In this document: piece after piece, positions 23,095-31,970 of the stretch
Layout of the letters: every line of letters starts with the position of its first letter
Position numbering within the stretch: the first letter of the stretch is position 1
Assembly (NCBI GenBank): GCA_035388025.1
Contig: DAOOPA010000001.1
Span: 1 to 48,620 of the forward strand
DNA length: 48,620 nucleotides
Reading direction: 5' to 3'
Source: a bacterium
GTDB lineage: Bacteria > Patescibacteriota > Patescibacteriia > UBA2196 > GWA2-42-15
Made by a program: the position numbers and the translations under genes
The notes under the pieces: generated by a model
Told to the model about the DNA's origin: nothing
Databases searched by the model: none
The model's input: only the letters and a program-made list of their open reading frames with translations

Positions 23095-24525
23095 ATGAAA
23101 AAAGAAGGATTAAAATTTTTTATTTTTGTTTCAGCGCTTGCTTTAATATTGACAGCGGCTGTTTTGGTTTTGACGAAAGATGGGGAACAAGGAAGTCGTT
23201 TGTGGCGTTATGTGCCAGAAGGGACGACAGTATTTTTGGAGCTTGATCTAACGGAGAGTAAATTAAAAAATTATTTAATAGAAAACGAGAAGGCAAAAGA
23301 GGCGTTGGAAAATTTTTTAATGGATCAAGGGCTACCTGCGGAAATTTGGGATGCTGGTGTCCAGATTCAAAGAGTGGCTTGGTTTGTGGCGCCGACCGGG
23401 GAAGCCAAAAAAGCAGAGGGTTGGGTGATTCAAGGCAAAAATGATATCGGCCAGTTGAGTGCTTTTCTAAAAAATTTTTATTTTAAATTTATTGACGATA
23501 AGGTGGCGGTGATTGCTTCTTCTAAAGATGTTTTGGCACAAGCCATGAAAGATTCAAATTTTAATAATTTGGAGGTGCAAATGACTAACCAGTCACAAGA
23601 TAATTTTGCTTATGGTTTTTGGAAGGCTGATGATTTTTTTAAAGAACCAGAATGGAATGATATTTTTAAGGAAATTTTTGACCAAGATGAAGGGGGATTG
23701 TTTTATGGGCAAGCAAGAGTAGACAATGATGGAAGGGTGGTTTTTTCTCTTAAGACGCCATTGAGGCTAAGGGACAAGGTGACAGACTCATTGATAGAAG
23801 CAGGGGGGCAAAAAAAATATTTTAGCAAGGCAGTGACATTTAATGTGGGGGGGTTAAAAAATTTTTGGCAACAGATATTGAGAGTCAGCGGAGAGGATGG
23901 GGCGTCATTTGAGGCAGTAGAGAATTATTTAAATGATAAATATAAAATAGAGGCAAAGGAGCTGTATACAATTTTTGAACTACCATTTAATTTAGTGGTT
24001 CGGCCCAGGGAAAAAATTGAAAGCATAGATAATTTGTGGCAATGGAACAAGAATGATTACGCCGTGGTAACGGAAATAGATGAGGGTGCGAAGAGAGAGT
24101 CGGTGGTGCGTAACTGGGAGACCTTGTTGATTAATTATTTAGCTTTTAAATTTCCAGAGCGGCGAGAAAAAATATTGCCAGACAAAACTCGGGGAGAAGA
24201 AATTGTGGTGGCTCCGGAAAAATTTAAATTAGAGAGCGAGGCTGTGCTGGGTGGAGAAATCAGATCGGTCAAGGTAGGCGATTTTGAGTTGGGTTATGCC
24301 TTGGCTGATAAGATGCTGGTTATTTTTAATTCGGCTGACTTGGCAAAAAAAATTATAACAGAGAGCGCTGAGCAAAAAGACAATTCAAATGAAAAGATAA
24401 AAAGCCAGGGGGTTGGGGATACGGAAATTTTGCCGCTCTCTTACTTCCTCTTCGCTGATTGGTTTGGCTGGACAGTGAGAGCTGATAATAATTATTTGGC
24501 GATTGATGGTTTTTTGGCAGATTAG
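23095..24525 (+). CDS. hypothetical protein with N-terminal membrane anchor (476 aa)
   Basis: An N-terminal hydrophobic helix (FFIFVSALALILTAAVLVL). I recognise no catalytic motif. Confidence 0.6.
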   Translation: MKKEGLKFFIFVSALALILTAAVLVLTKDGEQGSRLWRYVPEGTTVFLELDLTESKLKNYLIENEKAKEALENFLMDQGLPAEIWDAGVQIQRVAWFVAPTGEAKKAEGWVIQGKNDIGQLSAFLKNFYFKFIDDKVAVIASSKDVLAQAMKDSNFNNLEVQMTNQSQDNFAYGFWKADDFFKEPEWNDIFKEIFDQDEGGLFYGQARVDNDGRVVFSLKTPLRLRDKVTDSLIEAGGQKKYFSKAVTFNVGGLKNFWQQILRVSGEDGASFEAVENYLNDKYKIEAKELYTIFELPFNLVVRPREKIESIDNLWQWNKNDYAVVTEIDEGAKRESVVRNWETLLINYLAFKFPERREKILPDKTRGEEIVVAPEKFKLESEAVLGGEIRSVKVGDFELGYALADKMLVIFNSADLAKKIITESAEQKDNSNEKIKSQGVGDTEILPLSYFLFADWFGWTVRADNNYLAIDGFLAD

Positions 24526-24664
24526 AAGAGTATAAGCGATGGTGGAGTAGAAAAAATTTATGGTGATACTATCAAGGGAATGGGAAAGCCGAAAATTGTG
24601 GATAAGTTGATTGAGAAAATAAAAATTAATAAAAAATGTTGGAAAAATTTAGGATTCGTCAGCG

Positions 24665-24693
24665 TTGACGGAAGATTTAAAACATGCTATACT
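24665..24693 (+). promoter_or_regulatory. near-consensus promoter TTGACG-N17-TATACT
   Basis: TTGACG at 24665-24670, a 17-nt spacer, and TATACT at 24688-24693. Confidence 0.6.
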
Positions 24694-24699
24694 TATAGT

Positions 24700-25100
24700 G
24701 TAAGTGTTTTTTGGACATTTATTTCACGGCAAAGAATAATTGTTCCAAAATAAAATAAAAAGCAAAAACAAAATTTGGAATAGTTATTCTTTACTGTTCG
24801 TAAAAGGTTCCTGGAGCCACGAGAACCTGTACGACAAAAATAAAACAAAAATAAAAAGGTAACTTTTTATCCCATAAGGATAGAGGGATTACCACAAGAA
24901 CGGTAAAGAATAAATAGCTTTTTGACAAATCGGCCCAAAAAGCACTTCATCCCTAATCAGGAAAATCTTGGCCGCGCACCACCATTTGTATTTTTGAGAA
25001 AGAGAATATAGATGCCGGTGCGCTCCAAGTCCCACTAGGGATTTGGGGGCGTGTAACCTCATTTATCAATTTTTAATTGGGGGCTTACCGCCCCCTTTTT
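24700..25100 (+). ncRNA. candidate structured orphan RNA of about 400 nt, unknown class
   Basis: No ORF of 60 aa or more. A 19-bp stem (24731-24749 with 24774-24792) has two G-U pairs that are valid only on the plus strand. Further helices are GCGCACC/GGTGCGC (24974-24980 with 25017-25023) and CAAGTCCC/GGGATTTG. The terminator GGGGGC-TTACC-GCCCCC plus T-run is at 25079-25100. Confidence 0.5.
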
Positions 25101-25105
25101 GTTTC

Positions 25106-25134
25106 TTGAAAAAAGATAGATAAAGGTTTAGGAT
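25106..25134 (+). promoter_or_regulatory. promoter of cca (TTGAAA-N17-TAGGAT), with the ATG 6 nt after the -10
   Basis: TTGAAA at 25106-25111 and TAGGAT at 25129-25134. The ATG is at 25141 and no SD is present. Confidence 0.45.
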
Positions 25135-25140
25135 GATAAT

Positions 25141-26691
25141 ATGAAACAGGAAAACTTGAAAAAAATAATAAGACAATTAAAATGTGACGGTTTTTTGTCG
25201 TGGCAAGAGAAGGTGGAAAAAAATGGTGGAGAGATTTTTTTGGTGGGTGGAGCGGTAAGAGATGCATTACTTGGAAACAAGAAAGTCAAAGATTATGATT
25301 TTGTGGTGAGGGGAGTGGAAATTGAGAAGTTGGAAAAAATATTGGCGAGCTTGGGGCGAGTGGAGTTGGTGGGAAAAAATTTCGGTGTTTATAAATTTAT
25401 GCCCACTGGCAAAAAAATGAAAATTGCTTTTGACATTGCTTTGCCGCGGACAGAGATTTCTTTGGCAACCGGCGGTTACAAAGATTTTAAAATCAGCTAT
25501 GACCATCGTTTGAAAATAGAAGATGATTTGGGCCGGCGCGATTTCACGATTAACGCGTTGGCTTGGAATTTGAAAAGAGAAGAATTAATTGATGAGTTTG
25601 GAGGGGGCAAAGATTTGAAGCAAGGATTCATTCGGACAGTCGGCAACGCCCAGGAAAGATTTCAAGAAGATTATTCTCGGATGTTTCGGGGTATTCGTTT
25701 TGCTTGCCAGCTGGATTTCAGGATAGAGGATAAGACTTGGACGGCAATTAAAAAAATGATTAAAAAGATAAATGAAGAGCGAGACGGAGAAAGAATCGTG
25801 CCCTACGAGGTTGTAGGCGAGGAAATTTTAAAAGCGTTTGTTTATAATCCCACAGAGGCATTTGATTTGATGGATAAATCGGGGGTGATAAAAGAGACCA
25901 TGCCGGAACTTTTGGAAATGAAAAACTGTCCACAGCCAAAAAATTGGCATAGCGAAGGAGATGTGTGGACGCATACCAGATTATGTTTAAAAAACTTAAA
26001 TAGTGAGGCGTTTCGAGAAAGGTTTAGTCAAGAAATTATATTTGGGGAACAAGACAAAAGACAAAAGGCAAAAGGCAAAAGTAAGGAAGGATTGTATGGG
26101 GCGGAATTGGTGATGGCAGTATTATTTCACGATGTCGGAAAGCCATTAACAATAACAACGCCGGAAAAGGATGGCGCGGACAGAATCAGATTTAGCGGGC
26201 ATGATGAGCTGGGGGCGAAGATGGCAGAAGAGATTTTTAAGAAATTGAAATTATCAGCAGGGCCAGATTTTGATTTTGAGCCGGAGCGGGCGAGTTGGCT
26301 CATACGCAAACACCTTTTGTTTGGAGTAGAGAGAATAAAGGAAATGAAAGTCTCAACCATAGAAAAATATTTTTTTAGTGAGAAATATAGCGGAGAAGAC
26401 CTACTAAAATTGGGGTTTGTTGATAGCTTGTCTTCGATTCGTGATAGCGGGGGGCCATTTTTAGAGAGTTTTGATTTGATGGTGGAAAGAATTAATGAAT
26501 TGAAAAAGTTGGGCAAAGGTAGACAATTACCAAAACCGTTTTTGGATGGGAATGAAGTAATGAAGATTTTAAAGATAAAACCTGGGAAAAAGGTGGGTAA
26601 GATTTTGGAAGAGTTGAGGGAAAAGCAGTTGGCGGGGAAGATTAGAAATAAAAAAGAGGCGGAGAGGGAAATTAGGAAGGTAGGCAGGTAG
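25141..26691 (+). CDS. cca: CCA-adding tRNA nucleotidyltransferase (class II, with HD domain)
   Basis: LVGGAVRDALLG..DYDF, RRDFTINALA and HDVGKP. It carries a low-complexity insert at 26052-26087. Confidence 0.75.
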   Translation: MKQENLKKIIRQLKCDGFLSWQEKVEKNGGEIFLVGGAVRDALLGNKKVKDYDFVVRGVEIEKLEKILASLGRVELVGKNFGVYKFMPTGKKMKIAFDIALPRTEISLATGGYKDFKISYDHRLKIEDDLGRRDFTINALAWNLKREELIDEFGGGKDLKQGFIRTVGNAQERFQEDYSRMFRGIRFACQLDFRIEDKTWTAIKKMIKKINEERDGERIVPYEVVGEEILKAFVYNPTEAFDLMDKSGVIKETMPELLEMKNCPQPKNWHSEGDVWTHTRLCLKNLNSEAFRERFSQEIIFGEQDKRQKAKGKSKEGLYGAELVMAVLFHDVGKPLTITTPEKDGADRIRFSGHDELGAKMAEEIFKKLKLSAGPDFDFEPERASWLIRKHLLFGVERIKEMKVSTIEKYFFSEKYSGEDLLKLGFVDSLSSIRDSGGPFLESFDLMVERINELKKLGKGRQLPKPFLDGNEVMKILKIKPGKKVGKILEELREKQLAGKIRNKKEAEREIRKVGR

Positions 26692-26831
26692 GGCGGTAGA
26701 TAAGTAGACGGGTAGGGAAATAGAATAGAAACAAATTGAAATAAATGGAAATAGGTGGAAATAAATTGTTAGATTGTTTCATTGCTTCATTGCTATATTG
26801 TTAAATTATTAAATTGTTAATCGGCGATATT

Positions 26832-27785
26832 ATGAAATTTGTAGTTAGACAAGAAAATAGCGGGCAGAGGTTAGACCGTTTTTTACAAGGTAAGTTGGCC
26901 GATTTGTCGCGGGCGCAGATACAGAAAATGATTAAGGGCGGAGAGATCATGGTGAATGGAGAGACGGTGGCGGCGCATTATTTTTTGAAAGAAGGGGATT
27001 TGGTGCAAGGCAAAAGGCAAAAGGCCACCGCAGATGCGGGGCAGGCAAAAGGTAAAAATGAAGGTCAAAATCCAAAAGTTGATGGATTAAGAGTTAGGAT
27101 AGAAATTGTGGCAGAAGAGAGGGATTATATAATTGTTAATAAGCCGGCGGGGATGGTAGTACACCACGACAACCAACACAAGAGCGGAATATTGGTGGAT
27201 TGGTTAGTCAAAAAATATCCGGAGATAAAAAAAGTGGGCGATGATGAAAAGCGGCCAGGAATAGTTCATCGTCTAGACAAGGATGTTTCTGGACTGATGG
27301 TTGTGGCCAGAAATCAAGAAATGTTTGAATATCTAAAAAAACAATTTCAGGAGAGAAGGGTGGAAAAGGAATATCAGGGTTTGGTGCACGGGGTGGTGGT
27401 CAAAGATGAAGAATTGATAGATCGGCCGCTCGGTCGGACGGCCAGCGGAGTGATGGGGGTGGGATTTAAAAGTAAAAAAAGCCGGGAAGCAGGAACTCAA
27501 TATAGAGTGACGGAAAGATTTAAGAATTTTACGTTGTTAAAAATAAAAATTTTGACCGGTCGGACGCACCAGATCAGGGCACACATGAAATCAATCGGGC
27601 ACAGTTTGGTTGGTGATACAATATATGTGACGCGTGATGTGAAGAGGAAAAAACAACAGGTGCCTTTGGGGCGCGTATGGCTCTATGCCGTTCGGCTCGG
27701 ATTTAAAGACTTGGAAGGAAACTGGAAAGAATATAAAGTGAAGAGGCCAAAAGAATTGGAAGAGTTTTTGGGGGCATGCAAATAA
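26832..27785 (+). CDS. RluA-family 23S rRNA pseudouridine synthase (RluD-like, with S4 domain)
   Basis: RLDRFL is in the S4 domain. HRLDKDVSGLMVVAR and GRTHQIRAH are present. The start is moved to the ATG at 26832. It carries a low-complexity insert at 27007-27078. Confidence 0.8.
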   Translation: MKFVVRQENSGQRLDRFLQGKLADLSRAQIQKMIKGGEIMVNGETVAAHYFLKEGDLVQGKRQKATADAGQAKGKNEGQNPKVDGLRVRIEIVAEERDYIIVNKPAGMVVHHDNQHKSGILVDWLVKKYPEIKKVGDDEKRPGIVHRLDKDVSGLMVVARNQEMFEYLKKQFQERRVEKEYQGLVHGVVVKDEELIDRPLGRTASGVMGVGFKSKKSREAGTQYRVTERFKNFTLLKIKILTGRTHQIRAHMKSIGHSLVGDTIYVTRDVKRKKQQVPLGRVWLYAVRLGFKDLEGNWKEYKVKRPKELEEFLGACK

Positions 27786-27888
27786 CGATGCGAATAAGCG
27801 CAAATATCATGCGAATATTAAAATTAAGCAGTGAGTGATAAAAAATAGCGAGGCAAGTATTTGGTATAGAGTATTTATTTTTATAATT

Positions 27889-28458
27889 ATGAAAAAAACT
27901 TTTAAAATAATTGTTATTTTTGGGACATCTGGTTCGGGGCAGGACGCGGTGATTGAGGGGCTGATGGATAAGGGGTTAAAAGCAGTCAGAGTGATCACTA
28001 CCGTGACCAGAGAAAAAAGACCGGGAGAGAGATGGGGTAAACCATATTATTTTATTTCCAAAAAACAGTTTGAGAAAAAGCTCAAGGAGAATAAGTTTAT
28101 AGAATGGGACGAACATTATGGGGCTTATTATGGATTGTCTTATAGCGAGTTAGAGAGGGTGAAGAAAACCGGTAAAATAGTTTTATTAAAAACAGAGATG
28201 AGAGGAGCCTTAACTATTAAGAAAAAGATTCCTTCCGCAATTACTATTTTTATCAAGCCGCCGTCTTTGGGGGCGGCTCTGGGTAGACTCAAGAAGAGGG
28301 GGGAAAGCGCGGAGATAATCAAGAAGAGAACAGCAGAGATAAAGAATTATTTAAAGGCAGGGAATGATGATAAATTTGATTTCGTGGTAATAAATAAAGA
28401 AGGGAAGCTGGAAGAGACGATAGAAAAGGTGAAAAAGATAATTGGGGGTAGTATATAG
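27889..28458 (+). CDS. gmk: guanylate kinase-like protein
   Basis: P-loop FGTSGSGQD, TTVTREKRPGERWGKPYYFIS and YGAYYGLS. The start is moved to the ATG at 27889. Confidence 0.6.
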   Translation: MKKTFKIIVIFGTSGSGQDAVIEGLMDKGLKAVRVITTVTREKRPGERWGKPYYFISKKQFEKKLKENKFIEWDEHYGAYYGLSYSELERVKKTGKIVLLKTEMRGALTIKKKIPSAITIFIKPPSLGAALGRLKKRGESAEIIKKRTAEIKNYLKAGNDDKFDFVVINKEGKLEETIEKVKKIIGGSI

Positions 28459-28546
28459 AGAAAAATACGGTTGGCTGAAGCCGTATTTTTTTAATATTTT
28501 TTCTTTTGCCACTTTTTTAGAAAAAGTGGCGCAAAAATCGCCGCTG

Positions 28547-28678
28547 TATAAAAAGGCAGTAAATTCTGCACTGCGCTCGGGCGAAAGGCAAAACTCCCCC
28601 GCTCTTCGCGAAGGGCGGGGTCAAACAGTTGCCTTTCGTTTTCCCTCGCTCCGTTTGAATTTAATCTGCCTTTTTATA
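28547..28678. repeat. long imperfect hairpin element (about 132 nt)
   Basis: TATAAAAAGGCAG (28547-28559) pairs with CTGCCTTTTTATA (28666-28678). TAAATTC pairs with GAATTTA, CGAAAGGCAA with TTGCCTTTCG, and CCCCGC with GCGGGG, around the central CTTCGCGAAG. Confidence 0.6.
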
Positions 28679-28808
28679 ATGCGGCCTTATTTATATAATT
28701 ATTTTAAATACTCATGGGAGTATTGACTCGGATAGAATTAGCAATTGGGTTTTGAGCTTGGCAATATCTTTGCTATAATAAGGTTAGTAAAATATTAATA
28801 TAAGTTTA

Positions 28809-30551
28809 ATGGAGAATAAGATAGAAAAAAAAGAAGTGGCAATAAAAATTGGTGGGGAAGCCGGTTTTGGGATCAAGGCGGCGGGTTTGATTTTGGGCCG
28901 GGCGTTTTTTGGTGCTGGAGCGTATGTTTTTGGTTATAGCGAATATCCCTCTTTAATTCGCGGTGGGCATAATACCTATCAGCTGAATATTGGCGAGCAG
29001 CCGATCAACTCGGCGACCAAAATGATTGATGTCTTGGTGGCTTTGGACAGAAAAACAGCGGAGTCGCACAAAGAAGAAATAAAAGACGGAGGATTTATTA
29101 TTTTTGATGGATTGAATTTAGAGAGTAAAGATTGGGCGGGCATAAATTTGATTGATCTGCCCTTGGGCCAACTGGCGGAAGATAGTGGAGGGCTGGTGAT
29201 GCGTAATACAGTCGCCCTTGGGGCATTGATTTATATAATGAATTTTGAAACACGGTTGATAGAAGCGGAGATTGAGAAAAATTTTAAAAATAAAGGCCAA
29301 GGGGTGATTGAATCGAACAAGAAAGCGTTGGCGGCCGGCTATAATTATTTATTAAAAAATTATAAAGACAAAAGGGCGATCGAGGGGTGGAATTTTGAGA
29401 AAATAAAAAATAATAATAACTTTTTTTTGACCGGTAATGAAGCCACGGCTGAGGGTATGATACAAATCGGGTGTAATTTTTACGCCGCTTATCCGATGAC
29501 GCCGGCGACCTCCATTTTGCACGTTTTGATTGAGAAGCAAAAAGAGACGGTGATAGTGGTGCACCAGGCCGAGGATGAAATATCAGCCATTGGAGTAGCA
29601 CTTGGGGCGGCTCTCGCCGGAGCTAGGGCAGGGACTGGGACTTCAGGTGGTGGCTTTTCTTTGATGACAGAGAGCTTGGGACTCTCAGCAATAACCGAGA
29701 CGCCGGTCGTGGTGATAAATTCTCAGCGGCCGGCACCAGCAACGGGTTTACCAACTTGGACAGAGCAGGCGGATTTGAATTTTATGATCAATGCCTCGCA
29801 TGGGGAATTCCCCAGAATCGTGGTGGCGCCGGGTGATGCTGAAGAGGCCTTTTATTTAATACAAGAATCTTTTAATTGGGCGGAGAAGTGGCAGTTGCCG
29901 GTGATTGTGCTTTTGGATAAAATGTTATCAGAGTCAGACTTCACTTTGACTGGTTTAATTCGAGACAGAATTAAAATAAAAAGAGAGGGATTTTTGAGCG
30001 ACGGAGAATTACAAAGAATAGGACAGTATAAAAGATATGAAGTGACACTAAGCGGAGTGTCAAAAAGATCATTGCCGGGTCAGCCTGGCGGCGTGCATTT
30101 GGCTAACTCGGATGAGCATGACGAGGAGGGCTTTTCCAGTGAGGAGGCAGAGGTGCGGCGAAGTATGGCAGATAAGCGATTTGCTAAAATAAAATTAATT
30201 AATGGTGAATTGAAGGATCCGGAACTTTATGGCAAGAGAGAGGCGGAGTTGACTGTTGTGGGCTGGGGGTCGGTCAAGGGGGCGGTTTTGGACGCGATAA
30301 AAGAAGCTAAGAATAAAGAGATTAATTTTTTACACTTTAATTATTTATGGCCGTTTCCAGCAGAAAGGGTTAAAGCGGTTTTGAGTAAAGCTAAAAAGAT
30401 TTTATTGGTGGAGAATAATAAGACCGGGCAACTGGGCGATTTGATCCGGCAACAAACAGGAATAGAAATAAAAAATAGGTTTTTGAAATATGATGGCCGG
30501 CCGTTTTTTCGGGAGGAAATTGTTGATAGAATTAATGAATTAACGAATTAA
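28809..30551 (+). CDS. 2-oxoacid:ferredoxin oxidoreductase, fused gamma/alpha subunit
   Basis: An N-terminal gamma-like domain (GGEAGFGIKAAG), then an alpha domain (GNEATAEG..YAAYPMTPAT). Confidence 0.8.
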   Translation: MENKIEKKEVAIKIGGEAGFGIKAAGLILGRAFFGAGAYVFGYSEYPSLIRGGHNTYQLNIGEQPINSATKMIDVLVALDRKTAESHKEEIKDGGFIIFDGLNLESKDWAGINLIDLPLGQLAEDSGGLVMRNTVALGALIYIMNFETRLIEAEIEKNFKNKGQGVIESNKKALAAGYNYLLKNYKDKRAIEGWNFEKIKNNNNFFLTGNEATAEGMIQIGCNFYAAYPMTPATSILHVLIEKQKETVIVVHQAEDEISAIGVALGAALAGARAGTGTSGGGFSLMTESLGLSAITETPVVVINSQRPAPATGLPTWTEQADLNFMINASHGEFPRIVVAPGDAEEAFYLIQESFNWAEKWQLPVIVLLDKMLSESDFTLTGLIRDRIKIKREGFLSDGELQRIGQYKRYEVTLSGVSKRSLPGQPGGVHLANSDEHDEEGFSSEEAEVRRSMADKRFAKIKLINGELKDPELYGKREAELTVVGWGSVKGAVLDAIKEAKNKEINFLHFNYLWPFPAERVKAVLSKAKKILLVENNKTGQLGDLIRQQTGIEIKNRFLKYDGRPFFREEIVDRINELTN

Positions 30552-30564
30552 AGAATTGCGAATT

Positions 30565-31374
30565 ATGCAGCAGGGACAGGAAAAATTTAATACCAAAGTA
30601 ATGCCAACCTGGTGTCCGGGGTGCGGTAATTTTGGTATTTGGGGCGCGATTAAGAAGGCGTTGTTGGATTTGGAATTGGAGCCACACCAGGTTTTGATAT
30701 CTTACGATATTGGTTGCTTTGGCAACGGGGCTAATTTTTTGAAGACTTATGGTTTTCATTCATTGCATGGCCGATCATTGCCGCCGGCCTTGGGGGCCAA
30801 AATTTTTAATAGAGAGTTAATGGTGATCGCTTTAGCCGGTGATGGCGGAGCGTATGGCGAGGGTCTGCAACATTTTATTCACGCGGCCAGATACAACGTG
30901 GATGTGACTTTTTTAGTGGCCAATAACCAAAGATTCAGTTTGACCACCGGTCAGGCCTCGCCAACAACCAAAAAAGGAGTCGTCACTAAGACAACACCGT
31001 GGGGAGAAACAAAGACACCATTGAATCCCATGGCCTTGGCCATAGAGAGCGGGGCGAGTCTGGTAGCGAGAGGGTTTGCCGGAGACATAGTTCAGTTGGC
31101 GGGGATAATCAAGGCGGCTATTTCACACAAGGGATTTTCTCATGTGGATATTTTGCAGCCGTGCGTGTCTTTCAATCCGGAACAGAGCTATGAGTGGTAT
31201 CGGAGCGTGATTTATAAATTGGAGGAACATAAATACAGACCAGATGATAAAAAGAAGGCTTTGGAAAAAGCTTGGGAGTTTGAGCAAGAGGGCAAGATGC
31301 CGACAGGAATTTTTTATCAGGAAGAAAAGGAAAGTTATGAGGAAGGGTTGTGGCGGATGAAAGAGGAAAAATGA
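30565..31374 (+). CDS. 2-oxoacid:ferredoxin oxidoreductase, beta (TPP-binding) subunit
   Basis: WCPGCGNFGI and GDGGAYGEG. The start is moved to the ATG at 30565. Confidence 0.8.
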   Translation: MQQGQEKFNTKVMPTWCPGCGNFGIWGAIKKALLDLELEPHQVLISYDIGCFGNGANFLKTYGFHSLHGRSLPPALGAKIFNRELMVIALAGDGGAYGEGLQHFIHAARYNVDVTFLVANNQRFSLTTGQASPTTKKGVVTKTTPWGETKTPLNPMALAIESGASLVARGFAGDIVQLAGIIKAAISHKGFSHVDILQPCVSFNPEQSYEWYRSVIYKLEEHKYRPDDKKKALEKAWEFEQEGKMPTGIFYQEEKESYEEGLWRMKEEK

Positions 31375-31441
31375 TTTAAGATTTGTGATTTAAGATTTAT
31401 GAAAGATTCAAAAACTCCCAAGACGATTGGGAGTTTTTGAG

Positions 31442-31526
31442 TGGTGCCCAGGGCGGGAATCGAACCCGCATGACCGAAGTCGCAGGATTTTAAGTCCTGT
31501 GCGTCTACCAGTTCCGCCACCTGGGC
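31442..31526 (-). tRNA. tRNA-Leu (anticodon UAA), CCA encoded
   Basis: GCCCAGGTGGCGGAACTGGTAGACGC, then anticodon arm CAGGA-CTTAAAA-TCCTG, a long variable arm, and GCGGGTTCGATTCCCGC. Confidence 0.9.
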
Positions 31527-31607
31527 AAGATAAGAGAAATTAAGAAATTAGAAACTGAGAAATTAAGGGTAGAATAACAAAGTAAGAGATGAAGTTTTTG
31601 TGGGAAA

Positions 31608-31679
<72 letters not shown>

Positions 31680-31777
31680 GAGATTAATTTTAAATTTCCA
31701 ATTTTCAATAATTTAATTTTTAAACTATTAAAATTACACGGTTATACTAACAAAGATATTATCTTTAGTAAAGAAAA

Positions 31778-31859
31778 TGCCGAAGGGGAGACTCGAACTC
31801 CCAAGGGTTGCCCCACATGCTCCTAAGGCATGCGCGTATACCAATTCCGCCACTTCGGC
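31778..31859 (-). tRNA. tRNA-Leu (anticodon UAG)
   Basis: GCCGAAGTGGCGGAATTGGTATACGC, then anticodon arm CATGC-CTTAGGA-GCATG, a long variable arm, and GGGAGTTCGAGTCTCCC. Confidence 0.9.
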
Positions 31860-31970
31860 ATAGCTCAGATTTATCTTAACCCAGCGGGAGGATAATTTCA
31901 AGGTTGGTGGTTTGGGATCTGTCAATTTTAATGATATAATAGGGACAGGCGGGAAAATTTTAATAGGGCT

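Noticed and set aside
24700-25100. RNase P RNA, tmRNA, SRP RNA or a T-box leader as the identity of the structured RNA
   Set aside because: No GAGGAAAGTCC...ACAGAACCCGGCTTA pair occurs in the right order, which argues against RNase P. There is no tRNA-like GGGG...TCCACCA end pair or tag ORF (tmRNA), and no GGAA-tetraloop SRP domain IV string. There is also no AANNNGGGTGGNACCGCG T-box sequence, and cca has its own promoter after the terminator. This is an eye comparison only.
28442-28726. 94-aa plus-strand ORF from the track
   Set aside because: It runs straight through a terminator and the 132-nt hairpin element. Its composition is dictated by the palindromes, and it has no start context.
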